Positions 16,787-26,874 are shown, counted from the stretch's first letter. The stretch is DNA of 64,000 bases from an uncultured bacterium (GCA_965112635.1 OZ218778.1:2222833-2286832), one strand, 5' to 3'. Notes: generated by a model from the letters alone, not told the origin. Program-made: numbers and translations.

Positions 16787-19045
16787 ATGCGCGTAAAACT
16801 ACTGGTGTTGGCAGTTTTTGTAATTACAAATGCGGCTTTGCTGCAGGCCAATATTTATACGGTGGGTCCCGGCAAAACCTATGCCAGTTTGACCGCCATG
16901 CATACCGCGGTGGGGAATTTGCAGCCCGGGGATATTGTGCAGGTCTATTATAAGGCCTCCCCGTATTTTAATGAGGCCATCAAATGGACGGAGAGCGGAA
17001 CAGCCGTCAGCCCCATCACCATCGTGGGCATAGGTTCGCCAAAGCCGGTCATCGATGGGACAGGTCTTGACGTGACCGGTGCCGGGGCTGTCCCCAGGGC
17101 GCTTTTTCAGATCAACGGCAGCCATTGGGTCATAGACAATATCGAATTCCAGAACGGCTGGAACGATTCGGGCAACGGCTCCGGGCTGCGCATCACCGGC
17201 GGGGCCGACGATACGACCATCCAGAACTGCTATATCCATGACAACCAGATGGGATTGATGTGCGACTCCAACGACCACCTGCTCATCCAATACTGCGAGT
17301 TCAACTACAACGGCGCGCTGGGCAGCGGGCCTCCGCACAACATCTATATCGACACCTGCCAGAACGCGACCATCCAGTATTGCTACATCCATGACGCGCC
17401 CAATGGGTTCAATGTGAAGAGCCGCGGTCATTTCACGGCCCTTTTATACAACTACATCGCGAATTCAGCCAACGGGGAAGTGAATTTTGTCGATGACACC
17501 ACGACCACGCCGGCCAACAGCAACGCGGTCTTGATCGGCAACACCCTGGTCACTCTGGCAGGCCGTTCTGGAAATGACTGGCAGAATGTCAATTTCGGCC
17601 AGGATATCGGAGGCGCCCATAATGGGACCATGTATGTCATAAACAATACGATGGTCGCCAACGATACGCACATCGCGTTCTTAAATGCCTCTGCCGCCGG
17701 GGCCTCTATCGTGGCGACTAACAACATCATGGTAGGGAGCAACATTTTGGTCAACACCACCAACGGCCCCAATTTTCCGGCCAATGTCTCAGGTTCCTAT
17801 AACTGGGTCCCTAGTACGGCCACGATACCCGGCACCTTTGCCAACAGCGTCCTGGGGGCAGCGCCCGGGTTTGTGAATCCCGGCGCTAACAATTATCACC
17901 TGCTGGCCTCTTCAGGATGCATCAATCAGGGGAAGAATCCGCCCCTTAATTATGTGGACGGCAGCGGGAACTCCCAGTCAGGGGTCCCGGTCTACGAGTA
18001 TGTACAGCAGCTCACCTTCACGGCCAGGGTCAGCGACGGCGCCCTGGATATCGGCGCTTATGAATATGTGCCGAACCAAACGCCGACTTTTTCAGCGACG
18101 CCTTCTGCGACCCCCACGACGACCGCTACCAGGTCCGCAACCGCGACCACAAGCCAAACCCCGACCGCCAGCCAGACACCGACAGCCTCCAGCACGGCCA
18201 CCCAGACCGCCACCTATACCATCACCCTGACCCCTTCCCAGACCCTGACTTCCAGCCAAACGTTTACTCCCAGCAATACGGCCACGATCACCAATACCTC
18301 TACCCAGACCAACACCTCTTCCCTGACCTTGACCTCGAGCCAGACCTCTACCCAAAGCCAAACCGGGACGGCCACAACTACCTCAACCACGACCGCCACT
18401 AAGACGCAGACAGCGACCTCCACTCAGACCGGCACGGCCACCATGACCGGAACAGCTACGCTTACTTCCAGCCAAACCCTGACCTCCAGCCAGACCAGCA
18501 CCGTGACCCAGACAGGAACAGCGACTAATACCCCCACGGTGACAGCCACGGCCACGCAGACCTATACAGCGACCCAGACTGCCACCATCACGCAGACTTT
18601 TACGGTCACTATGACCTCCACGGTGACCATGACCTCGACGCAGACCTATACCTCGACCCAGACCTCCACGCCTTCGCAGACTCAGACCCCGTCCATGACC
18701 TTCACGCCTTCGTTGACTTTTACCAATACGCCGACTTTTATTACCACCCCGCCCACAATAGGCACCTCGTTTATTTACCCTTCGCCGGCAACAGGTGATT
18801 CAGCGACCATTGTTTACCTGATGCTAGGACCGGGGACTGTGAAGATACGGGTTTATAACGAAGCCGCGGAACTGGTGGCGACCATAGAAGAGCCAAGGCA
18901 GGGAGGGCCGCAGGCGAGTATTTTGGATGTCAGAAATTTTGTTTCCGGTGTTTACCTGTACATGGTCAGCATCAAATACAATTCCACATACACTTACCAG
19001 GGTTCTACCAAGATAGGGCCGAAAAAGTTTATAGTCCTTCGTTGA
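16787..19045 (+). CDS. secreted right-handed parallel beta-helix protein with a Thr/Ser/Gln-rich linker and a T9SS-type (Por tail / FlgD-Ig-like) C-terminal domain
   Basis: The ATG at 16787 has AGGAG upstream and a signal peptide MRVKLLVLAVFVITNAALLQA. The 16628 start in the track adds an implausible extension. Beta-helix repeats include NCYIHDNQMGLM and YCYIHDAPNGFNVK. The C-terminus reads IYPSPATGDSATIVY...VKIRVYN...GVYLYMV...KKFIVLR. Confidence 0.8.
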   Translation: MRVKLLVLAVFVITNAALLQANIYTVGPGKTYASLTAMHTAVGNLQPGDIVQVYYKASPYFNEAIKWTESGTAVSPITIVGIGSPKPVIDGTGLDVTGAGAVPRALFQINGSHWVIDNIEFQNGWNDSGNGSGLRITGGADDTTIQNCYIHDNQMGLMCDSNDHLLIQYCEFNYNGALGSGPPHNIYIDTCQNATIQYCYIHDAPNGFNVKSRGHFTALLYNYIANSANGEVNFVDDTTTTPANSNAVLIGNTLVTLAGRSGNDWQNVNFGQDIGGAHNGTMYVINNTMVANDTHIAFLNASAAGASIVATNNIMVGSNILVNTTNGPNFPANVSGSYNWVPSTATIPGTFANSVLGAAPGFVNPGANNYHLLASSGCINQGKNPPLNYVDGSGNSQSGVPVYEYVQQLTFTARVSDGALDIGAYEYVPNQTPTFSATPSATPTTTATRSATATTSQTPTASQTPTASSTATQTATYTITLTPSQTLTSSQTFTPSNTATITNTSTQTNTSSLTLTSSQTSTQSQTGTATTTSTTTATKTQTATSTQTGTATMTGTATLTSSQTLTSSQTSTVTQTGTATNTPTVTATATQTYTATQTATITQTFTVTMTSTVTMTSTQTYTSTQTSTPSQTQTPSMTFTPSLTFTNTPTFITTPPTIGTSFIYPSPATGDSATIVYLMLGPGTVKIRVYNEAAELVATIEEPRQGGPQASILDVRNFVSGVYLYMVSIKYNSTYTYQGSTKIGPKKFIVLR
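18085..18745 (+). repeat. low-complexity coding repeat (T/S/Q/P-rich linker, ACC/ACG/CAG/AGC codon periodicity)
   Basis: The translation reads TPSATPTTTATRSATATTSQTPTASQTPTASSTATQTATYTITLTPSQTLTSSQ... for about 220 aa. Confidence 0.85.
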
Positions 19046-19063
19046 GCGCTAAGCGATCTTCCG

Positions 19064-19654
19064 CTACTTTACGGTTTTGTGGCTGATCTTCTTGACGAGG
19101 GCTCCCTGGTTGCTGGCGACAGCGAGAATTTCCGAGGCAATTTGGTCGGCAATCTCCAGGCTCGCAAAAACAATGGCATACCTTCCCGTGATGGTCTGTC
19201 CGTCTGTGGTGGTGAATGCTGTCCGATAAACCGTCTGGGATTGGTTGTCCGGCTGGATGCCAAAACCGGGGTCGGTCACGACCGTGATGGAATTGATATA
19301 GTTCAAATCCACAAAAATGTCATGCTTGATGAGCTGGCCCGCCGAGTTGGGGTCGTTGTCCCACTCCCCAAAAGGCTGCCTGGTCGTGCTGTCCCCGCCG
19401 TTGATATCCGTGACCGAGGATTCGCCGTGCAACTGTATCCTGGCGTCGGTCACATACTCCGCGCTCTGGTTGTAGTACTGTTTGCACAGGCGATGGGTGT
19501 TGCCGAGGAAGAAATCCACCACAGCGGTAAAATTTCCATTGTCGTTTATATCGTTGACCAGCTGCTGTGCCGTGATCTCGCTATCGTCGGCCAGGGCCAG
19601 CCCCGCCAGATCAAACATGGCGGCTAATAAAATAAGTGCCATTATTTTTTTCAT
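19064..19654 (-). CDS. secreted hypothetical protein
   Basis: The ATG at 19654 is preceded by AAGGAGG. The signal peptide is MKKIMALILLAAMFDLAGLALA. Confidence 0.65.
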   Translation of the reverse strand: MKKIMALILLAAMFDLAGLALADDSEITAQQLVNDINDNGNFTAVVDFFLGNTHRLCKQYYNQSAEYVTDARIQLHGESSVTDINGGDSTTRQPFGEWDNDPNSAGQLIKHDIFVDLNYINSITVVTDPGFGIQPDNQSQTVYRTAFTTTDGQTITGRYAIVFASLEIADQIASEILAVASNQGALVKKISHKTVK

Positions 19655-19763
19655 CAGGGAACCTCCTTTAAATAATTTGCGGCCTTTCATTGAAATGAAT
19701 TACAGATATTAAGTATATCAAAGGCAAACATCGAAGGTAGCCCTGCCCACCAATCATGAATTT

Positions 19764-20636
19764 CTAAAAAGCGAAAGTTGGGCCGATAAAGAAGAATTGG
19801 TTGGTTTCCATGGGATCTTCAAAATAATCGATCTTTAGGGAAACACCGATGTCCCTGGTCACCAGAATATCCAGCCGGTTGCGGGTGGTGAAATAGGCCC
19901 GCTCGCCGGGGGCCATGCGGAAATAAAATCTATGGTCCAGCCTGATGAAGCGCATGATATTCAGCTCCAATTTTGCTCCCAGGGATAGGTAATTAAGCCA
20001 AGCACCCGTATTATCCATGGTGTAACCCTCCATGCCTCCCGTGCCGGTTGCCACCATGGTCATGCCGTACTCTTCGCTGAAATATCCCACGAAAGGGGTC
20101 AGACGCATGAAATCATTTTTGTAAGACAGTCCCAGGGTGGGGTGAAAAGCAAACACAGAGGTATTCAAAGCTATTGAATCCGTACCCATGGTCTGAGCGA
20201 TATTTCCCTGGAGGACCGAGTTAGTATCCAGGTAGTCCATCGCAAAACCAAAGGCTGGCTGCCAGATCTGGTCGGCAAACATATAGTAGTTTACATAGAA
20301 CATAAAACCGTTCTCTACGGTGTTGTCCAATATAGAATAGTGGCCCAAGCAGCCGATGGACAGGCTGGGATTGGCATACATCATAAAAATCCCATAGAGT
20401 GGGCCGGATAGGCTGAGATTGGATGACCCCGGGATCACCACCGTATCGCTGGTCCAGCCCATCTGCGGAGCAAATAATACAACGGAATGTTTGGGCGATC
20501 CCTGGCTCTGCGCCGCGAGGGTGACCGGACTGGGGGCGGATAACATTTCTTGGGCATAAAGGCTTAGATGAGACATAAAAGCCAAAGTGATTAAAATGCC
20601 CAATATGAGGCATAGATAGTTTTTACTGTTAATCAT
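19764..20636 (-). CDS. putative outer-membrane beta-barrel protein
   Basis: The internal ATG at 20636 gives a signal-like N-terminus MINSKNYLCLILGILITLAFMSHLSLYA. The body has alternating aromatic and Gly residues. The C-terminus ...FFIGPTFAF has the terminal Phe typical of OMPs. Confidence 0.6.
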   Translation of the reverse strand: MINSKNYLCLILGILITLAFMSHLSLYAQEMLSAPSPVTLAAQSQGSPKHSVVLFAPQMGWTSDTVVIPGSSNLSLSGPLYGIFMMYANPSLSIGCLGHYSILDNTVENGFMFYVNYYMFADQIWQPAFGFAMDYLDTNSVLQGNIAQTMGTDSIALNTSVFAFHPTLGLSYKNDFMRLTPFVGYFSEEYGMTMVATGTGGMEGYTMDNTGAWLNYLSLGAKLELNIMRFIRLDHRFYFRMAPGERAYFTTRNRLDILVTRDIGVSLKIDYFEDPMETNQFFFIGPTFAF

Positions 20637-20822
20637 AAAACTTCTTTCATAGCGACATTTAAATACAGGCGTAATTTTACATTTTTTTCCAGATTTTGGT
20701 AGGTGCAATAAAAATTGGTTTAAGTTTGACAGATATCTGAAGGGGGATAGAATTGTTGCTGGGCCGTAAATTATAAAACGCACACCCTTAAAGTGAGATG
20801 TATATTGGAAAATGAAGATAAC

Positions 20823-22346
20823 ATGAGTTCAAAAATACCTGCTATGTCTCATGGCCGGGCTTTGGTCTACCAAAAAATATTGGACGCCTCAGCCAGGGAT
20901 CCCCGGCGCTATACCGAACGGTACAGGCCGCAATACCACTTCACGCCGGTGGAGGGCTGGATCAACGACCCCAACGGCCTGGTGTTCTTCAACGGGGAAT
21001 ATCACCTTTTTTACCAGCACAAGCATCCCGGGCTAACAGACCCCCTGACCTGGGGAAAGCATACCGGGTTGGCAGACCAGATGCACTGGGGCCACGCGGT
21101 CAGCCCTGACCTGATCCATTGGACCCATCTGGCCCCGGCCATCGAACCGGACAGCCTGGGCGCTATCTGGTCAGGAAGCGGCGTGGTGGATCAAAAGGAC
21201 TCCAGTGGATTTTTCAACGGTAAACCCGGCCTGGTCTGCCTTTATACCTATATGGACCCCCAGGAACAGGGCCGTCAATCCGGCGCATTGGCTTACAGCG
21301 CGGACGGACGGCAGTTTTTTAAGTACGAAAAAAACCCGGTCATTCCGCAGCTGCGTTACTGGCCAGGACAGGCCGATATTGTTGATTTCCGGGATTTCAA
21401 ACTGTTCTGGCACGAACCGACCCAGCGCTGGGTGACCATCGTGGCCGGCGGAAAGGTGCGGTTTTTTTCCTCGTCAAACCTCGTCGAATGGAAGTTCGAA
21501 AGCGATAATGAGGGGCTGGATACCGAGTGCCCCGACCTTTTTGAACTTAGCGTGGATGGTGACCCTGGACAGACCAGATGGGTGCTCAATGGCGCGGGAC
21601 GCTGGTATGTGGTGGGCCGTTTTGACGGGCACAAATTTCTGCCTGAGTCCGCCAAGATACCCATGAACTTCGGCCCTGATTCCTATGCCTCCCAGACCTG
21701 GAGCCACGAGCCCCAGGGCCGCTGTTTGATGACCTCCTGGCTTTTTTATTGGAGCTATCATAATGTCTGGCCGACCAAGCCGTTCGAAGGGGGCTGCCTG
21801 ACCCTGACCCATGAGCTTAAATTGAAAACTTTTCCGGAGGGCTTGCGGCTGACCCAGACGCCCATCGAGGAAATGAAAAAAATACGCGGGAAGCCAAGGC
21901 AATGGAAGAGTCAGTTGGTCAAGCCTGGTATAAATTTGCTGGAGGTTGTCCATGGCACCGCGCTGGAGATCGTGGCGGAATTTGAACTGGGTACGGCCAA
22001 GGAGTTTGGATTTAATGTATTCAAGGGTAAGATGGAGTGTACAAAGGTAGGGTATCGCGCCGGGGAAGGCAAACTTTTTGTGGACCGCCGTGAGTCAGGC
22101 CAGATGGTGGCCCCGGATTTTGGAAAAGTATTTGAAGCGTCGCTGGCTCCTGTGGCTAACCGGATCAAAATGCATATTTTTATCGATGAGTGCACGGTCG
22201 AGATTTTCGGCAATGAGGGCAGGGAAGTCATCACCTGCCTGGTACTGCCCGCGGCCGGGAGCGATGGACTGGAACTTTTTGCCGTGTCCGGCGAGGTGCG
22301 CCTGTGCTCCCTAGAGGTCTATCCGCTGCATAGTATTTGGCACTAA
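20823..22346 (+). CDS. glycoside hydrolase family 32 (beta-fructofuranosidase / levanase-like)
   Basis: The three GH32 catalytic signatures are present: GWINDPNGLVFFNGEYHLFYQH (WMNDPNG block), FRDFKLFW (RDP block) and TECPDLF (EC block). The start is uncertain (20793, 20823 or 20844). Confidence 0.9.
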   Translation: MSSKIPAMSHGRALVYQKILDASARDPRRYTERYRPQYHFTPVEGWINDPNGLVFFNGEYHLFYQHKHPGLTDPLTWGKHTGLADQMHWGHAVSPDLIHWTHLAPAIEPDSLGAIWSGSGVVDQKDSSGFFNGKPGLVCLYTYMDPQEQGRQSGALAYSADGRQFFKYEKNPVIPQLRYWPGQADIVDFRDFKLFWHEPTQRWVTIVAGGKVRFFSSSNLVEWKFESDNEGLDTECPDLFELSVDGDPGQTRWVLNGAGRWYVVGRFDGHKFLPESAKIPMNFGPDSYASQTWSHEPQGRCLMTSWLFYWSYHNVWPTKPFEGGCLTLTHELKLKTFPEGLRLTQTPIEEMKKIRGKPRQWKSQLVKPGINLLEVVHGTALEIVAEFELGTAKEFGFNVFKGKMECTKVGYRAGEGKLFVDRRESGQMVAPDFGKVFEASLAPVANRIKMHIFIDECTVEIFGNEGREVITCLVLPAAGSDGLELFAVSGEVRLCSLEVYPLHSIWH

Positions 22347-22396
22347 ATAAAAGTTATACTAGTTAATATAGTGAGTGGATCCGAAAAAGGAGACTT

Positions 22397-22873
22397 ATGG
22401 TTCTAATAACTTATTTTACCCGCACTGAGAATAGCCGGGTGATCGCTGAAATGATCCGTCAGGCGACCGGGGGAGATATTTTTGAAATAAAGTCCGTCCA
22501 GCCCTATCCCGAGGACTATGACGCCTGCGTGAAGCAGGCGAAGAGCGAGCTCGAATCCGGCGCCCTGCCGGCTTTGCAGGGCAAAGTGGCGGAACTTAAG
22601 AAATACGATGTGGTCGTTATCGGATATCCCTGTTGGTGGAGTACTTTCCCGATGCCGGTCAAAACCTTTTTGACGGAAAACGATTTGTCCGGCAAGACCA
22701 TCCTCCCGTTTTGCACGCACGAGGGCAGCGGCATGGGGAACAGCGTCGAAGACATTAAAAAGTTCTGTCCAAAAGCCAGAGTGCTGGAAGGTCTGGCCAT
22801 CCGCGGGTCGAGCGTCAAATCCAGCCAAAGCAGGGTGCTGGACTGGCTCAAAGCCCTGAAAGTCATCAAGTAA
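22397..22873 (+). CDS. flavodoxin-like fold protein
   Basis: 158 aa with AAGGAG upstream. The N-terminus is LITYFTRTENSRVIAEMI, and the protein contains YDVVVIGYPCWWSTFPMPVKTFL, as in short flavodoxin-family proteins. Confidence 0.75.
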   Translation: MVLITYFTRTENSRVIAEMIRQATGGDIFEIKSVQPYPEDYDACVKQAKSELESGALPALQGKVAELKKYDVVVIGYPCWWSTFPMPVKTFLTENDLSGKTILPFCTHEGSGMGNSVEDIKKFCPKARVLEGLAIRGSSVKSSQSRVLDWLKALKVIK

Positions 22874-22894
22874 ATATAAGTGGAGGCCTAGGCA

Positions 22895-23185
22895 ATGTCA
22901 GTCTATCTGATCGTGGAAGCCACCAAGATCATCGACAAGCATAAATACGACGAGTATATCCGCAGGGCCCCGCAAACCATCCACAAATTCGCCGGAAGAT
23001 ACCTTGTCCGCGGGGGCCAGGTCAAGTTTTTAGCCGGAAAATGGAAGCCCGAACGCCTCATCATCATCGAGTTCCAGACCATGCAGGAGTTCGAGGGCTG
23101 GTGGAATTCGCCTGAGTACGCCGCTGTGGCGCCCTTGCGCGAGCAGGGAGCCGAGACCAACGCCATCGTGATCGAGGGCCTGTGA
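22895..23185 (+). CDS. DUF1330-like small protein
   Basis: 96 aa. The sequence reads VYLIVEATKIIDKHKYDEYIRRAPQTIHKFAGRYLVRGG...IIIEFQTMQEFEGWWNSPEY. Confidence 0.75.
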   Translation: MSVYLIVEATKIIDKHKYDEYIRRAPQTIHKFAGRYLVRGGQVKFLAGKWKPERLIIIEFQTMQEFEGWWNSPEYAAVAPLREQGAETNAIVIEGL

Positions 23186-24660
23186 GCGGCGTGTTTTTGT
23201 CCAAATCAAAGTTCCTCAACGGCCTGCAGTGCCCCAAACTCCTGTGGTACGCCATCCACAAGCCCAGCGCTTTTCCGGAACCCGGCCCCGCGGTGCAGGC
23301 GGCGTTTGACCAGGGTAACCAGGTGGGCGAACTGGCCCGCACTCTTTTCCCGGGCGGGATAAAGCTGGAAAGGGAACACAATCCCCTGGCCCAGTCCAGG
23401 AAATCCCTGGAAGCCGCCAAAGCCCGCAAACCGCTTTTTGAGGCTGGTTTTGTTTTTGGCCGTGCTTACGCCCTGGCCGATATCCTTGTCCCTGTTGCGG
23501 CCAACCGCTGGGACTTGATCGAGGTCAAAAGCTCCACGGGGGTCAGGGAAGAGCATTTGTTGGACACGGCCTATCAACGGTGGACTTACGAGGGCGCAGG
23601 GCTGTCCATCAACAACTGCTCGGTCATGTACCTGGACAGGGAATATGTGCGTGAAGAAAAGCTGGAGCCGGAAAAACTATTGGCACAGCAGGATGTGACC
23701 AGCCAAACTTTAGAGCTGGTGCCCCAGGTCATCCGGGAGGCCGCCAGGTTGCGGCAAGTGTTGGACCAAAAGCAGGCGCCGGAGATCAAAATCGGACCTC
23801 AATGCCGTACTCCCCACGAGTGCCCGCTGATGGAAATGTGCTGGGGGTTTTTACCCCAGGAAGACGGTGTTTTTTCCTTGGTCAGCGGGACCCAAAAAGC
23901 GTTCCGCTGGATGGGGCAGGGGATATTGAGCCTGGCTGGCCTGCCGGAAAAAGCCAAGCTCTCGCCAAAGCAGGCCATCCAGGTCGGATGCGTCAGAAGC
24001 AAACAGCCCTACGCGGACAAAAAAGGGATCAAAATATTCCTCGGTGGCCTGGCCTACCCGCTTTATTTCCTGGATTTTGAGACCATGGGGCTGGCTATCC
24101 CGCCCTATAGCCGGTCCAGCCCCTATGAAAATATCCCTTTCCAATACTCCTTGTTCGTGGTCAAAGAAAAAGGGGCCCGGCCGCAGGGCCACGCCTACCT
24201 GGCTCCGGGCGATATCGACCCGAGGCCGGAGATCCTCAAACAGCTCAAGTCCCTGCTGGGCGCCAAAGGCTCTATCGTCGCCTACAACGACGCTTTTGAA
24301 AAAGGCGTGCTGCGGGATTCCGCTGAAGCGTATCCGCAATACAAAAACTGGGCGGCCCGGACGAACAAGAGGATGGCGGACCTGCTGGAGCCTTTTAGGA
24401 GGTTCCTCTACTACCATCCGGCACAGCAGGGCAGCGCCTCGCTCAAGGCCGTGCTGCCGTGTCTGACCAGCCTGAGCTACGAAGGGATGGGGATCGCCAA
24501 CGGTGCCGTGGCCACCAGCGACTACTGCCGGGTGACCTTTGGCCAAACCGTGGACCCCAGGGACAAAGAGGCGGTGAGGGCGAACCTGGAAAAATATTGC
24601 GACCTGGACACCGCTGGGATGATCGAAATCGTGGAAAAACTCAGGGAGCTAGCCGGTTAA
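23182..24660 (+). CDS. DUF2779-type protein with an N-terminal Cas4/RecB-like PD-(D/E)xK nuclease and Fe-S cysteines
   Basis: 492 aa. Its GTG start overlaps the upstream TGA as GTGA. Motifs: LSKSKFLNGLQCPKLLWY, DLIEVKSST and CRTPHECPLMEMCW. Confidence 0.8.
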   Translation: MSGVFLSKSKFLNGLQCPKLLWYAIHKPSAFPEPGPAVQAAFDQGNQVGELARTLFPGGIKLEREHNPLAQSRKSLEAAKARKPLFEAGFVFGRAYALADILVPVAANRWDLIEVKSSTGVREEHLLDTAYQRWTYEGAGLSINNCSVMYLDREYVREEKLEPEKLLAQQDVTSQTLELVPQVIREAARLRQVLDQKQAPEIKIGPQCRTPHECPLMEMCWGFLPQEDGVFSLVSGTQKAFRWMGQGILSLAGLPEKAKLSPKQAIQVGCVRSKQPYADKKGIKIFLGGLAYPLYFLDFETMGLAIPPYSRSSPYENIPFQYSLFVVKEKGARPQGHAYLAPGDIDPRPEILKQLKSLLGAKGSIVAYNDAFEKGVLRDSAEAYPQYKNWAARTNKRMADLLEPFRRFLYYHPAQQGSASLKAVLPCLTSLSYEGMGIANGAVATSDYCRVTFGQTVDPRDKEAVRANLEKYCDLDTAGMIEIVEKLRELAG

Positions 24661-24663
24661 AGT

Positions 24664-25992
24664 CTATTTCTTACCCTGCTGGGCCATCCGGTCCTTCACG
24701 AAGTAAAGGGTATCCTTGAGGCTGTAGAGCATGGGGATGTATTTGCGCGAAACACGCACCCGGTTGGTGCGCTCCTCCAAATGATCCATCCGCTCCTTAA
24801 GGTCCGGCGTCGGGGGCTTGTTCCCGAGTTTGTTGAGCTCGGATTCCAGCCAGTTGAGCTCGCCGTAGAGCAAAAATATCCTACGTTGCATTCCCCAACC
24901 GTACAAAGCGGTAAGGCCTTTGACCAGAGGGTACATCAGCCCGATGACGGGGATGAGCAGGACCACGAATTGCTCCAAAAGGACGGCCAGCCAGAAAGGC
25001 AGGAAACGCTGCAGGAAAGGCTTGCCGGACTTGTAGTAGTGCCGTGCCTCCGGGCTCAAGGGGAACTCCAGGGAATCCGGGGCCGGGAACTCGCCGGCCT
25101 TGTGCATCAAGCCCCGGCGGCTGTGCACTTGGCTCATGACCTCCATCAAAAGGTACTGGAGGGCCGGGTGCATGTCCCCGCGCACGATGAGGCTGGTTTT
25201 GGCGGCCAGGAGGTTGAGGTCGTGCGGCGGGTCGTCTTTTTCGAGGTTAAAAACACCGGCCGGCAGGGTGACCTTGCTGAGCGAGGGAAAGAGCGCCACA
25301 TAGGCATCCGCGCGGGTGAAGTTGGCCACGTCGATCCCTTCGGTACGCACCAGCTTGCGCACCACGGGCGAGGCCAGGGAACTCACGATGACCGCCGCGT
25401 CGATCTTATCCGACAAGAGGGCCTTTTCGGTCTCCTCGGGCAGGTAGCTCAAAGCCTTGAAAGAGCCGATATCAAGCGCGTTGCGTTTCAAAAGTTGGTT
25501 GAAAAGCACTCTGGAGTTACTGCCTTCCGGGCCTATGGAGACCCGTTTGCCTTTTAATGAGAAAAGGCCGCGGTCCGTGATCGTGTGGTGGGCGAAGAAC
25601 CACATGGGCTCGTAACCAATGGTGCCCAGCGATAATAGTTCTTCTGTGTCGGTTTCTTCGGAAAGGCCGCTCATGACAAAACCCGCCTGCACTCCGGAAC
25701 GGGGGTCGTTCAACCGATTGAGGTTGTCCATACAGCCTTCCGTGGGGACGACGATCAGGTCAACGCCTTGCTTTTCCAGCAGGGCTTTGTAGCGCTTGCC
25801 AAAGACCTCGTAGGCGCTTCCCTCGGGGCCGCAGGCCATGATGATGGTGCGGGGAGGCAGGGGATGGAATAAAAATATGAGCCAGATGACCGTAGCCAAG
25901 ATGATCACGCTGGAGACCAGCATGGTTTTGACGCTGTGGTGGGCCAGAAAATGATGGAAACCGTGGATATATTTTTCTTTAAAATCGGCCAT
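24664..25992 (-). CDS. TAXI-family (TRAP-type) solute-binding-like protein with N- and C-terminal TM segments
   Basis: 442 aa. It contains IIMACGPEGSAYEVFGKRYKALLEKQGVDLIVVPTEGCMDNLNRL, which is TAXI-like. Hydrophobic helices sit at both ends. Confidence 0.6.
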   Translation of the reverse strand: MADFKEKYIHGFHHFLAHHSVKTMLVSSVIILATVIWLIFLFHPLPPRTIIMACGPEGSAYEVFGKRYKALLEKQGVDLIVVPTEGCMDNLNRLNDPRSGVQAGFVMSGLSEETDTEELLSLGTIGYEPMWFFAHHTITDRGLFSLKGKRVSIGPEGSNSRVLFNQLLKRNALDIGSFKALSYLPEETEKALLSDKIDAAVIVSSLASPVVRKLVRTEGIDVANFTRADAYVALFPSLSKVTLPAGVFNLEKDDPPHDLNLLAAKTSLIVRGDMHPALQYLLMEVMSQVHSRRGLMHKAGEFPAPDSLEFPLSPEARHYYKSGKPFLQRFLPFWLAVLLEQFVVLLIPVIGLMYPLVKGLTALYGWGMQRRIFLLYGELNWLESELNKLGNKPPTPDLKERMDHLEERTNRVRVSRKYIPMLYSLKDTLYFVKDRMAQQGKK

Positions 25993-26135
25993 GAACGACT
26001 CCTTTCAGCAAGATGACGGAAATAATTCCAAAAAGATTATAACTCAATCCGTACTGATTAAAAGTCCATTAAATGACTTTCATCCACTTGTTTGGCCGGT
26101 ACAATTGGTTTATCATCAACCCTTGAGGTGACCCG

Positions 26136-26864
26136 ATGAGTATTAAGAAAAGTCAAAACGCGACCCTGCCAACCCCGGAAACGCATTATCAAGGGAACAC
26201 CCTGAGGGACGTGATCCTGGGAGGCCAGGACGGACTGGTCAATGTCCTGGGTGTCATCTTCGGGGCTTCCGCCGCTACCTCGGACCCCAAGATCATCATC
26301 GGGGTGAGCCTGGCCGCTACTTTTGCCGAAACCCTGTCCATGACCGCCGTGGCCTATACTTCCTTTAAATCCGAGAAAGAACATTACGAGAGCGAACTAG
26401 CCAGGGAAAAATGGGAAATAGAAGAGCTCCCGGAAAGGGAGACCGAAGAGATCAGGGAGATCTACCAGAAAAAGGGTTTTAAAGGCGACCTGCTGAACAG
26501 GATCGTCAAGAAGATCGTTTCCGATAAGCAGATCTGGCTGGACATCATGATGAGCGAGGAGCTCGGGTTTGCCGCGCCGATGCCCTGGTCGGCTGTTTAC
26601 AAAACAACGGCAGTGGTGGGGATATCCACCCTGCTGGGTTCTCTTGTCCCGCTTTTTCCCTATTTTATTTTTCCCCAAGACCTGCGACTTGTTGCTTCCG
26701 TTCTAGTCTCCGCCCTGGTTTTGTTCGGGATAGGGTTTTATAAGGCCAAGGTCATGGCCGGCAAATATTGGCGAAGCGCTTTGGAGATGATGTTCATCGG
26801 CCTCATCGCGGCCGTGGCCGGCTACGCGGTCAGCCTTTTGTTCACCAGGGGCTATACGTCTTAG
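26136..26864 (+). CDS. VIT1/CCC1 family iron/manganese transporter
   Basis: 242 aa. It has the motif RDVILGGQDGLVNVLGVIFG, a central acidic ferritin-like segment, and C-terminal TM helices. Confidence 0.85.
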   Translation: MSIKKSQNATLPTPETHYQGNTLRDVILGGQDGLVNVLGVIFGASAATSDPKIIIGVSLAATFAETLSMTAVAYTSFKSEKEHYESELAREKWEIEELPERETEEIREIYQKKGFKGDLLNRIVKKIVSDKQIWLDIMMSEELGFAAPMPWSAVYKTTAVVGISTLLGSLVPLFPYFIFPQDLRLVASVLVSALVLFGIGFYKAKVMAGKYWRSALEMMFIGLIAAVAGYAVSLLFTRGYTS

Positions 26865-26874
26865 GAGGGGGAAA

